From an uncultured bacterium (lineage in GTDB: Bacteria > Acidobacteriota > HRBIN11 > JAKEFK01): DNA of 64,000 nt. How positions within the stretch are numbered: position 1 is the stretch's first letter; each line of letters opens with the position of its first letter. The translations under genes and the position numbers were made by a program. A model generated the notes under the pieces. The model did no database searches. It saw nothing but the letters and a program-made list of their open reading frames with translations, and was not told where the DNA came from. Below are positions 1 to 9,033 of the stretch, piece by piece. Location of the stretch: NCBI GenBank assembly GCA_963777505.1, contig CAVZQN010000004.1, positions 480,001 through 544,000 on the forward strand, given 5' to 3'.

Positions 1-642
1 ATCTTTAACGATAGCGCTTTTGTCAGTAATGGTTTTTGTCGCAAGAAGCACATTCTGCTTTGCGACCGCTTCCACAAAATTCTTGTTCTTTGAGGTTTTT
101 TCTCCAGATATTCCCGTTACGGATTCAACAGCAGGCTTGATATTGCTGAGCATTGCGGTGATATTTCCAAGCTGAACATTGTCCACAGCTGATTTAATCG
201 CTCCACAGTTTGTGTGCCCCATAATAAGGATCACCTTTGCTCCCGATACTTTTGTTGCAAACTCGATGCTTCCCAAAATATCTGTATTTACGAAGTTGCC
301 TGCGATTCGTGCGTTGAATACGTCACCGATTCCTTTGTCAAAAATGATTTCTGCCGGCTTTCTGGAATCGATACAACTCACAATAATCGCATAAGGATGC
401 TGACCAGCAGCCGCAATATCCTTTTCTTTCAAATAATCTCGATGAAACATTTTGCCTTGAAGAAATCGTTGGTTGCCATCCTTAAATCTTTGTAGAATTT
501 CGGCAGGAGTCATTTGATCCTGCATTTCCTTAGTCATGGCAGGCGGTTGTGTTTGCGCGTTGGCTATCTTTGCAGACATCAGACCATTTGCGGCGAAAAC
601 GATAACCAAATAAACAAACATAAGCAAGAGTGCTTTTTTCAT
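1..642 (-). CDS. beta-class carbonic anhydrase with N-terminal signal peptide (3' end runs off window)
   Basis: Not in ORF track. Manual translation from ATG at 642 (RBS GAGGAG): MKKALLLMFVYLVIVFAANG...GNQRF...GQHPYAIIVSCIDSR...NARIAGN...GSIEFA...MGHTNCGAIK, with beta-CA zinc ligands CxD and HxxC. Confidence 0.92.
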   Translation of the reverse strand, partial: MKKALLLMFVYLVIVFAANGLMSAKIANAQTQPPAMTKEMQDQMTPAEILQRFKDGNQRFLQGKMFHRDYLKEKDIAAAGQHPYAIIVSCIDSRKPAEIIFDKGIGDVFNARIAGNFVNTDILGSIEFATKVSGAKVILIMGHTNCGAIKSAVDNVQLGNITAMLSNIKPAVESVTGISGEKTSKNKNFVEAVAKQNVLLATKTITDKSAIVKD

Positions 643-870
643 TTTTACTCCTCAATAAATCATTTGAAGTACTTATTGTTTGAGACTGCCAATCTAATGG
701 GTTAGTAGTCAAAAATGTCAGATCAACAAATTCAAGAATTGAAATGTATGAGATTAGTTTACTTTAGCCGTGAAAACAGAACAACAACCCACTTTTTACA
801 TAGTTTTTACATCAATGTAATGTGCGGCTTTTTAAGAATTACGGTACAAGGTGAAAACAGGGCTTGAAAC

Positions 871-978
871 TCATAATAGTCCTGCAGCAAATAGCTGTCG
901 TGAATTCAGGCCCATAAATGTAAAAACCAGAGCCATCAGCAAAATTAGTCGTAAGATTTTTCCCAAACTCATATACAT
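871..978 (-). CDS. 35-aa small hydrophobic ORF (signal-peptide-like; possibly a truncated gene)
   Basis: Strong RBS AAGGAGG before ATG; MYMSLGKILRLILLMALVFTFMGLNSRQLFAAGLL*. Confidence 0.4.
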   Translation of the reverse strand: MYMSLGKILRLILLMALVFTFMGLNSRQLFAAGLL

Positions 979-1077
979 CGTGCCCTCCTTACTGATTTAT
1001 GTTTATAAAAATAAGGAATTTTTCCTATTAGAGACTTCGACGATGCGATGACGCGCATGTGCAAGATCTTCCCAACA

Positions 1078-1842
1078 TTACCGGCCGAGCTTTGAAAGGG
1101 CATCAACCATCGGGGAATTGGAAATCATGATTAACCCCCCGAAAGGTTGATCGAGCTCCAAGATCAGAAAGAGTGAACTCGCGGCTGCCAAAGCACAGAC
1201 AAACAGGGTAGCGATTACCATTCTATTGCGAGGGGTTAACAGACCAAAGCTGCAAAAGATGATAGACAGCCAGGACACCAGTAGTACGACAAGCGGCATC
1301 GGAGCCGAGCCTTGCCCCGAATGCTGAATGAGTTGCAAACGCCTTTCATTAATTTCGTCGATGATCTGCAGGGTCTGCGCCCGAAGTAGGCGCTGATCGT
1401 CGTTTCGCGGCGATAGTTGCCAGATTTTCTCTTCAAGATCTTCGATACCGTGCTCCGACTGGCCAATCTTCTCCACTGCAATCATACTCTTCTCTTTCGG
1501 CCACAACCTCACGATCGCAGTAGTAACAACGCTACGCAGAACTTCCCGGGCTTCTTTCGTCTCTGGGCCGTATCGGGCCATTGTGCGGTCAAGCAAGGTG
1601 ATTTCCGAGGCATTCTGTATGATGCCGTTGTTCACCGTATCATATGTGCTCTTTGCCGAGGCGATCAGCAAACCAAGGACAAGAGAAACCAAAGTTGCCA
1701 TCATGCTGATCCCCAGTTTCATCACATCCCGCGAAGCAGCACTCAAATGACGTTCATCTAAAAGAGAGCGAAGGAACATGCCGAAACACATAGCGGCAAC
1801 TATGATTAACAAAGAGATCAATGAGACTGTGGCTGAGGTCAT
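1078..1842 (-). CDS. DUF4239 / bestrophin-like membrane protein
   Basis: Two N-terminal and two C-terminal TM helices; TLVSLVLGLLIASAKSTYD and ILELDQPFGGLI motifs. Confidence 0.75.
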   Translation of the reverse strand: MTSATVSLISLLIIVAAMCFGMFLRSLLDERHLSAASRDVMKLGISMMATLVSLVLGLLIASAKSTYDTVNNGIIQNASEITLLDRTMARYGPETKEAREVLRSVVTTAIVRLWPKEKSMIAVEKIGQSEHGIEDLEEKIWQLSPRNDDQRLLRAQTLQIIDEINERRLQLIQHSGQGSAPMPLVVLLVSWLSIIFCSFGLLTPRNRMVIATLFVCALAAASSLFLILELDQPFGGLIMISNSPMVDALSKLGR

Positions 1843-2352
1843 GATTCACCTTCATTAACAGTAATTGTTTAGATTATATGCTAACCCGCGTTAAGCCAAA
1901 GTAGGAATCTCGGAAGCGAACGCCCGCAAAGGTCCCCGAATTTCCAAATCAGAATGCAAACCATCAGTGTGGGTAATTCCTGACGAACGAGGAATCGATG
2001 TAAGACCAAAGTCCAATATCAATTTCGGTCAGAATTGAATAAAGATTGATGCTGGATGCTAGATGTAATCTAATAGGTTTGTACAGGTTGCATCCAGTAT
2101 CAAACATAAGCATCTGAGCTTAAATAACTTCACTTTAGTCAACAAAGTTCGGGAGAGTATCATGGTAAGTAGAGAAACAAATTTGCGGTGTCTGATTGAA
2201 GTTCCCGGCGGGTAAAGCTCTCTTTGATCACGCGGTTTCTTTTAAATAGGAACCATCAATTCGTCCGGTACTCCGGACCCTTAAGTTCCGAAATGATAGG
2301 CAAGGCTAGCTAACAAACGACGTTTGGAAAAAAAATGAAATCGGAGTGAAGC

Positions 2353-3287
2353 ATGAAATTCAAAGTGATTCAATTGACAATTTTTCTCACGCTTGTTGCT
2401 GTGGGATCGGTATACGCTCAACTTTCAGGAAGCAATACAGTAGGTGATTATGGCTTACAATCTGGATCTCAGGCTCCTCCTGGGGCATATGCAATTTATT
2501 TTTTGTACAACTATGACACCTCAACCATCGTTGGGAACGATGGCAGAGAATTCCAATTGCAAGGCGACATCAGTCAATGGGCTCACGTGATTGGAGGCTC
2601 GATTGTAACGAATAAGAAAATACTTGGAGGCAATTACGGAGCCACTGCCTTTTTTCTCCCAATAGCGAATATCAGCATTAGAGGCTCCTAGACTTGATTT
2701 TAGCTGGCGGCACAGGATACGACATTGCTGATATGTGGATTGCCCCGATCCAAATCGGCTGGCATAAAAAGCAAGCGGATTTCATAACATGGTACGCATT
2801 TTACGCACCTACCGGCTCATATGCCCCGGGAGCAAGGGACAATCACGGTTACGGGATGTGGTCGCATGAACTATCCCTTGGTACTACTCTATACTTTGAT
2901 GAAGCACGATCGTTTCATGCTGCAACATTGGCATCATTCGAATTTCACTCAAAAAAGAAAGATTCCGATGCGAAAGCAGGCAATGTGCTGACATTAGAAG
3001 GCGGAGTCGGAACGACTTACAAGCAATTCCTGACCGCTGGACTCGCGTATTATGCGCAGTGGAAAGTGTCGGAAGATTCGGGGTTAGGTGTCGGTCCGAT
3101 CGTACAGAATCGATTAGGCAAAAATCGCAATTTTGCTCTTGGTCCTGAAGTCGGTTTTGTTTTTCCCCTTAGCAAAGACTTATCGAAGCTGATGATCCTT
3201 TCATTTCGATACGAGTTTGAAACGAGTACACGCCTGGATACACAAGGAAATATCGCGGCATTTACGGCTGCTTTCAAACTGAATTAA
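2353..3287 (+). CDS. Phenol_MetA_deg/SphA-like outer-membrane channel, split by a frameshift near 2690
   Basis: ORF 2353-2691 (signal peptide, GSQAPPGAY) plus ORF 2694-3287 (APTGSY, amphipathic strands, terminal FKLN). Confidence 0.7.
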
Positions 3288-3557
3288 TTCATATTTTTTC
3301 CGCTAGCCTTTAAAATCGGAGTTGCTATCATATGAATGAAAACTTTGAAATTCTGTGAGCGCTCGCATTGTAAAGTACAAGTTAGAGTTGACACCAAGAG
3401 CCGGAGAAGCTTTCGATGATATTATAATGAGAACAAATCAGTTCTTATTCAGTGCGATTCTGATTTTCTGTCAGGAAATTTTTGTCTTGTGACATTAAAA
3501 GCCACAGCCGGCCAATGATGAGTTGATCAAAAGGCCTCCTGTGCGGACTGAAAAATT

Positions 3558-4373
3558 ATGAGAACTATAGAAATGCTCACCGCCTTGCTGGTGCTGTTTG
3601 GAACAATCACTGCATTTGCTCAACAGCCCACCGATACACAGGATAAACCACGCGAAACTACTGCTCAGCCTGAGAGTGCAACGATCCCCCGAATGATCGA
3701 GCTGCGTGCTCAAGACATTCTGAAACAGATGAGCGATTTTCTTGTAGCTACACCTCGCTTCGCTTTTGAGGCCGAAGAAACTTTTGATCTGTTCAAGGAC
3801 AATCAACCCCGAATTCAGCTGACAAATTCAAGAAAGGTGGTAGTTGAGCGGCCCTCGCGTTTTGTTTCTGATGCAACGGGAGATACGCTGAACCGCTCCG
3901 TGTGGTTTGATGGCCAAACCGTTTCCAGCATTGATAAGAGCTACAACACTTATGCCATGTTGAAATTATCCGGCTCCATTGATGAAGTGCTTGATATGCT
4001 GATGGATCGTTTTGATATCGAAATTCCGCTCGCGGACTTTCTCTACGCAGATCCTTACTCCGTTTTGATGGAAAAGGTAACGTACGGCCGTTACGTTGGA
4101 ATTCATCAAGCAGCTGGCATCCCTTGTCATCATCTGGCATTCGCTCAGGAAACCATTGAATGGCAAATCTGGATTGATGCGGGTGCGCAGCCTCTTCCAC
4201 GAAAAATTGTTATTACTTACGTGACTGAATTGGGAGAGCCACAATATTCGGCCACAGTCACAACATGGAATCTGGCCCCACAAATTCCGGAAAGCTTTTT
4301 TCAATTCAAGGCTCCGCAAGGCGCTACACGTGTGGAGCCGGAGGAGTTGACCGGTCAGGAGGAAAAGCAATGA
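3558..4373 (+). CDS. DUF2092-domain periplasmic protein (LolA-like fold)
   Basis: Signal peptide; ILKQMSDFL, PLADFLY, CHHLAF, WQIWIDAG..PLPRK, PQYSA..WNL motifs. Confidence 0.85.
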   Translation: MRTIEMLTALLVLFGTITAFAQQPTDTQDKPRETTAQPESATIPRMIELRAQDILKQMSDFLVATPRFAFEAEETFDLFKDNQPRIQLTNSRKVVVERPSRFVSDATGDTLNRSVWFDGQTVSSIDKSYNTYAMLKLSGSIDEVLDMLMDRFDIEIPLADFLYADPYSVLMEKVTYGRYVGIHQAAGIPCHHLAFAQETIEWQIWIDAGAQPLPRKIVITYVTELGEPQYSATVTTWNLAPQIPESFFQFKAPQGATRVEPEELTGQEEKQ

Positions 4374-6151
4374 AATCATTAAAAGCAATCCGGTTATTAT
4401 TTTGTATTATCCTGATCTGCATTCTTGTGTATCCGGTAGATTCTGCTTTCTCCAGTGGTTCTGTTCGCGGCGCCAATCGATCGCCTCAAGGTTCCAGTTG
4501 GTCGGGAGCTCGAGGGAGCGCATCAACTCAGCGCAGCTCCACTGCGAACTCAGCATCACGCAGCACGAATATCCAGAGCAAAAGCGGACAGAGCGCGAGC
4601 GGCAGCAAGAATGTGAGCAAAAGCGGAGACACAGTTAATGTGGATAAGACACGGCAGAGTAGCTCAGGTGCGAGCAAAACCACATCAAAACAATATGATT
4701 TCGATGATGGTCAACTCGGTTCGGTAGAGCGTCAGACTTCAGGGACAAACCGTTATGGTCAATCTGCAAACTGGGAAGGCAAAGCGGAACGGACGGGATA
4801 TGGCGTGAAATTCGAAGGTGAAGGTTCAAACCGGTATGGCCAAAAAACGGAAGTGAATGGTTATGGAGCCAGAGGCTATTACGGAACGGGAGTCGTTGCG
4901 GATGTCGAAGGTGGACGTTACGGTAATCGGACTGTTGTTGCAGGCAAACCCTACGGAGGGGCAGCATGGTCAGCATCTTTGCCTTATGGAGCCCGTCCAT
5001 ATCACTATCACGGCTATCCTTATTACTACCATGGGGGCTACTACTACCGGTCATATTACTATCATGGCGTTCCTTATTACTGTTACGTTCATCCACCTTA
5101 CGGCGTCTACTACAGCGACCCGCCGATCGGGGCCATCATTGTGATCACCGCGGCGGTGACGCTGATGTATGCGGAAGGTACGTACTATAAAACTAGTACG
5201 ACACAGGGTACAACTCAATATGTAGTCGTTGCGCCTCCGGCCGGAACAACCTTGCCGGGAACCGCATTGCCCGCCGGCCGGGCCACAATCACAATCAACG
5301 AGACAAAATATTATTTCTACGGTAATACGTTTTATAAAAGAGTCGTCACAGATGGGAAGGAAAGCTTCGTTGTTGTCACACGGCCTGCAGGAGTGATCAC
5401 AGTCAAAGCATTGCCGCCCGAATTTGAGCCGTTACAGTCGGGTAACCTTATGTACTTCAAAACCAAAGATCGTTTTTACCTTTCCTATCTAGATCCTTCT
5501 GGTGAGGAACTCTTTCTTGTAGTTGATCCGCCGACGGTTCCTCCGCAGACTGTTGCTTCAACATCACAAGCGCCAAAACCAGCGCCAACAACACAACCGT
5601 CGCAAGAACCAGCGCCTGCAACACAACAAGCGAAAGAACCGGCGCCAACAACACAACCGTCGCAAGAATCAGCGCCTGCAACACAACCGTCGCAAGAACC
5701 GATGCCTGCAACATCAACGCCACAGATGGTCAATCTAACTGTAAGTACCGGGACTGCCTTAAACGTTCGCATTGCAAACAATGTTTATTCTGCTTCAACA
5801 GGACAAAACTTTAAGGCCAATCTTGCCCGGGACATCATTGTCGATGGGCGCCTTGTTGCGCCAACAGCGTCAGCGGTTATCGGTACGATTTCGGTTAACA
5901 AGGAAACTATCTTACTGAAGCTAACTGATCTCGATGTGGGCGGTCATCTCTATCCGATTCAAACCGGTACGGTTCCGGCACCTAAAGCTGTACAACCTGC
6001 TGGAGGGATCGATGATGTGGTACATGCAGGTAAGTCGTCCAATACAAAAATTGTTTTGGCCGGGGGCACACCGTTTGAATTTCGAGTTGCTCAGCCGTTT
6101 ACAGTGAGCGTACTCGTTTCCACACCAGCAACGCAAACCGCACAACAATAA
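4370..6151 (+). CDS. Exported low-complexity protein with Tyr-rich DUF6515-like domain, Pro/Gln linker and C-terminal beta domain
   Basis: ATG at 4370 overlaps upstream TGA, RBS AGGAGG; signal peptide MKSLKAIRLLFCIILICILVYPVDSA; Ser/Gly-rich then Tyr-rich segments. Confidence 0.7.
   Translation: MKSLKAIRLLFCIILICILVYPVDSAFSSGSVRGANRSPQGSSWSGARGSASTQRSSTANSASRSTNIQSKSGQSASGSKNVSKSGDTVNVDKTRQSSSGASKTTSKQYDFDDGQLGSVERQTSGTNRYGQSANWEGKAERTGYGVKFEGEGSNRYGQKTEVNGYGARGYYGTGVVADVEGGRYGNRTVVAGKPYGGAAWSASLPYGARPYHYHGYPYYYHGGYYYRSYYYHGVPYYCYVHPPYGVYYSDPPIGAIIVITAAVTLMYAEGTYYKTSTTQGTTQYVVVAPPAGTTLPGTALPAGRATITINETKYYFYGNTFYKRVVTDGKESFVVVTRPAGVITVKALPPEFEPLQSGNLMYFKTKDRFYLSYLDPSGEELFLVVDPPTVPPQTVASTSQAPKPAPTTQPSQEPAPATQQAKEPAPTTQPSQESAPATQPSQEPMPATSTPQMVNLTVSTGTALNVRIANNVYSASTGQNFKANLARDIIVDGRLVAPTASAVIGTISVNKETILLKLTDLDVGGHLYPIQTGTVPAPKAVQPAGGIDDVVHAGKSSNTKIVLAGGTPFEFRVAQPFTVSVLVSTPATQTAQQ
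5579..5714 (+). repeat. 30-bp in-frame tandem repeat, about 4.5 copies (PAPTTQPSQE)
   Basis: ccagcgccaacaacacaaccgtcgcaagaa-type units at 5579, 5609, 5639, 5669 and a partial unit at 5699. Confidence 0.9.
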
Positions 6152-6172
6152 CCAACCAATGAGGTAAACGTT

Positions 6173-6880
6173 ATGACGAAATCAAACTTGAAGTACTTGC
6201 TATTTACGTTGGCCGTCACCCTGCTGTTCAACTCGATTGCAACGGCTCAGACTCCGCCACCCAAGGAACGCGTGGAAGCGATTAAGAGTTCCTTTCAGCA
6301 AAGCCAGGCAGTCTTGCGTAAATACGAATGGATCGAAACGGTGAAAGTAAGCTATAAAGGCGAAGAGAAATCAAACAAGCAAAGCCGCTGTTACTATGGT
6401 GCGGAAGGAAAAGTTCAGAAAGTTGAGGTTAGCGCTACACCAGAAGCGAAAAGTCCGCGAGGACTTCGCGGGAAAATTGCAGAAAATAAGAAAGAGGAAA
6501 TGACGGACTACATGAAACAAGCGGTGGAAACAATTAAGCAGTATGTGCCTCCGGATTCGTCCCTTATTCAGAAATCGTATCAAAGTGGACATGCTGCGAT
6601 TTATCCAACGCAACCGGGCAAAGCAACGTCTATCTCTTTCGGAAGCTACTTAAAACCGAATGACACCTTAATGTTTGAAATCGATACTGCAAACAACACA
6701 ATTAAAGGCGTACAAATTCAAACATATATTGAAGATCCAAAAGACTCAGTGAGTCTGAATGTTTTCTTTTCAAAATTTCCGGACGGAACTATTTACCCAT
6801 CGCAGACCATACTGAATGCGCCCGCAAAACAGATTCAGGTCAACATTCAAAACTCGGGCTATCGGATTGTTGGCAACTGA
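6173..6880 (+). CDS. Exported hypothetical protein
   Basis: 235 aa, RBS GAGGT, signal peptide ending ATA-Q. Confidence 0.75.
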   Translation: MTKSNLKYLLFTLAVTLLFNSIATAQTPPPKERVEAIKSSFQQSQAVLRKYEWIETVKVSYKGEEKSNKQSRCYYGAEGKVQKVEVSATPEAKSPRGLRGKIAENKKEEMTDYMKQAVETIKQYVPPDSSLIQKSYQSGHAAIYPTQPGKATSISFGSYLKPNDTLMFEIDTANNTIKGVQIQTYIEDPKDSVSLNVFFSKFPDGTIYPSQTILNAPAKQIQVNIQNSGYRIVGN

Positions 6881-6993
6881 TGAATGGAATCTAATTTTAG
6901 GTTATTAGTAGTACGTTATTCGTTGGCTGATTGGGGAGCCATTCTTGCGACTTCTCTTCTGATCATTCCACGATCTCTATCCAGGAGGTTGAG

Positions 6994-8892
6994 ATGAAAA
7001 CCAGAACTGTCGGCATGCTGATTCTTTATTTGCTTTCTGTAAATCTGATTGTTCCATCAATGGCTCAGGATATCCCTCCTACCGAGGTGAAGCCCAAGAC
7101 TGAGTACTCACCTTATCTGGATGACAACTACCCCAATCGGGTATTGTGGGGCGACACACATCTGCACACATCCTATTCGACCGATGCGGGCCTGTTTGGG
7201 ACTCGACTTGGACCCGAGGAAGCATACCGCTTTGCCAGAGGGGAGGAAGTCACCAGTAACACGGGCACGCGCACGCGGCTACAGCGGCCACTCGATTTTC
7301 TAGTAATCACTGATCACTCAGAAAACCTCGGTCTCGCCCCCGGGGTCGTAGAGGCCAATGAGCTGATTACAGCCGATCCATGGGGAAAGCAAGTTTACGA
7401 TCTCGTGAAATCCGGCAAGGGGGGAGAAGCGTACAATATGTGGGTGACACCTTTGGCCAGTGGGAAGAATCCAATGCCCAATGAAGCTTTCGCCCGGACT
7501 TTCTGGGAACGCATTGTGAATGCTGCTGAAAAGAATAACGAGCCGGGGAAATTCACTGCTTTAATTGGCTACGAATGGAGCTCTGCACCAGGGGGAGCAA
7601 ATCTCCATCGCAACGTGATCTTTCGAGATGCAGGCGACAGGGCGAAACAAGTCATTCCATTTGCGCTTTATGACTCGCAAGATGTGGAAGACTTATGGAA
7701 GTGGATGGATGCTTATGAGAAAAAAACGGGCGGCCGCGTTCTTGCAATCCCGCATAACGGGAATCTGTCCAATGGATTGATGTTTGACGTTGAGACACTA
7801 ACCAGTAAGAAACCGCTTGATAAGGATTATGCAATTCGGCGCGCAAAATGGGAGCCACTTTATGAAGTGACTCAGATGAAAGGTTCAAGTGAAACCCATC
7901 CGCTGCTATCTTCCAACGATGAGCTTGCGAATTTTGAAATCTGGGATAAGGGATGTTTCGGTCCTGCACCAAAGACTCCCGACATGCTGCCAAAAGAGTA
8001 TGCACGTGAAGCCCTGAAACAGGGTCTGGCCTATGAACAGAAGTTCGGAGTGAATCCCTTCAAGTTTGGATTTGTTGGCAGCACCGATTCACACACCGCT
8101 CTTTCCACTGCTGAAGAAAACAACAATTTCGGAAAAGTGGCTGGAACCGAACCCGGGCAATTCCCTGCGCGATTTGACGAAGTCATTGTCGGCAGACTCT
8201 CGCCAGACCCGAAGATTAAGATCTACCATGTGGAATCATCGGCCTCCGGGTTGGCTGCGATCTGGTCAAAGGAGAATACTCGCGAAGACATTTGGGACGC
8301 AATGAAACGAAAGGAAGCCTACGCCACAACAGGAACGCGTTTGATTGTTCGGATTTTCGGAGGTTGGGATTTTAAGCCGGAAGACGTGGATCGTCCTGAT
8401 TTCGCTAAACGCGGGTATCAGAATGGAGTACCAATGGGCGGTGATCTCAGGAAAGCGCCGGCAGGAAAAGCGCCCGCATTCATGGTGCGCGTTTTGCGAG
8501 ATCCCGACGGGGCAAACCTCGATCGTGTCCAGATCATCAAAGGTTGGTTGGATGCAAGCGGCAAGCCGCAGGAACGTATTTATGACGTTGCTGTTTCGGA
8601 TAACCGTAAAATCGATGCGGATGGGCGTTGCAAAACGCCGGTTGGAAATACCGTGGATGTTCCTAGTGCGACGTATACAAATTCAATCGGCGATCCATAT
8701 TTAGGCGCTTACTGGAATGATCCCAATTTCGATCCGAAACAACGCGCATTTTATTACGTTCGCGCTCTGGAGATTCCTACTCCTCGCTGGCAGGTTTATG
8801 ATGCTAAAGTTTACGGGATTAAGCTTCCCGAAAATGTTCCCACTGCCATCCAGGAACGAGCTTATACTTCACCCATCTGGTACACACCATAG
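6994..8892 (+). CDS. DUF3604-domain exported protein (PHP-like metal sites)
   Basis: RBS GGAGG + ATG 6994; WGDTHLHTSYSTDA, ITDH, GYEWS, HRNV, IPHNGNLSNG, GSTDSH, QERAYTSPIWYTP. Confidence 0.88.
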   Translation: MKTRTVGMLILYLLSVNLIVPSMAQDIPPTEVKPKTEYSPYLDDNYPNRVLWGDTHLHTSYSTDAGLFGTRLGPEEAYRFARGEEVTSNTGTRTRLQRPLDFLVITDHSENLGLAPGVVEANELITADPWGKQVYDLVKSGKGGEAYNMWVTPLASGKNPMPNEAFARTFWERIVNAAEKNNEPGKFTALIGYEWSSAPGGANLHRNVIFRDAGDRAKQVIPFALYDSQDVEDLWKWMDAYEKKTGGRVLAIPHNGNLSNGLMFDVETLTSKKPLDKDYAIRRAKWEPLYEVTQMKGSSETHPLLSSNDELANFEIWDKGCFGPAPKTPDMLPKEYAREALKQGLAYEQKFGVNPFKFGFVGSTDSHTALSTAEENNNFGKVAGTEPGQFPARFDEVIVGRLSPDPKIKIYHVESSASGLAAIWSKENTREDIWDAMKRKEAYATTGTRLIVRIFGGWDFKPEDVDRPDFAKRGYQNGVPMGGDLRKAPAGKAPAFMVRVLRDPDGANLDRVQIIKGWLDASGKPQERIYDVAVSDNRKIDADGRCKTPVGNTVDVPSATYTNSIGDPYLGAYWNDPNFDPKQRAFYYVRALEIPTPRWQVYDAKVYGIKLPENVPTAIQERAYTSPIWYTP

Positions 8893-8965
8893 TTTCAGCT
8901 TAAGATTCCACAAGGATGCGGTAAAAGAGTTTGTGCACGGGTTAAGGATAGTGTGAGTGGATAAC

Positions 8966-9005
8966 GCAGGGGAGCAGGGGTGCAGGGGAGAAAGGGAGAG
9001 AGGGT
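8966..9005. repeat. Degenerate octamer tandem array (GCAGGGGA-type)
   Basis: gcagggga gcaggggt gcagggga gaaaggga gagagggt, intergenic. Confidence 0.6.
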
Positions 9006-9033
9006 GAAGAGATTTTGTGGTTAAATATTCATT

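Noticed and set aside
1843-2352. Long intergenic region as a c-di-GMP or other riboswitch
   Set aside because: Only short hairpins; no recognisable aptamer consensus on either strand
5579-5714. 30-bp repeats as a CRISPR array
   Set aside because: No spacers, in frame within a CDS, and no cas genes
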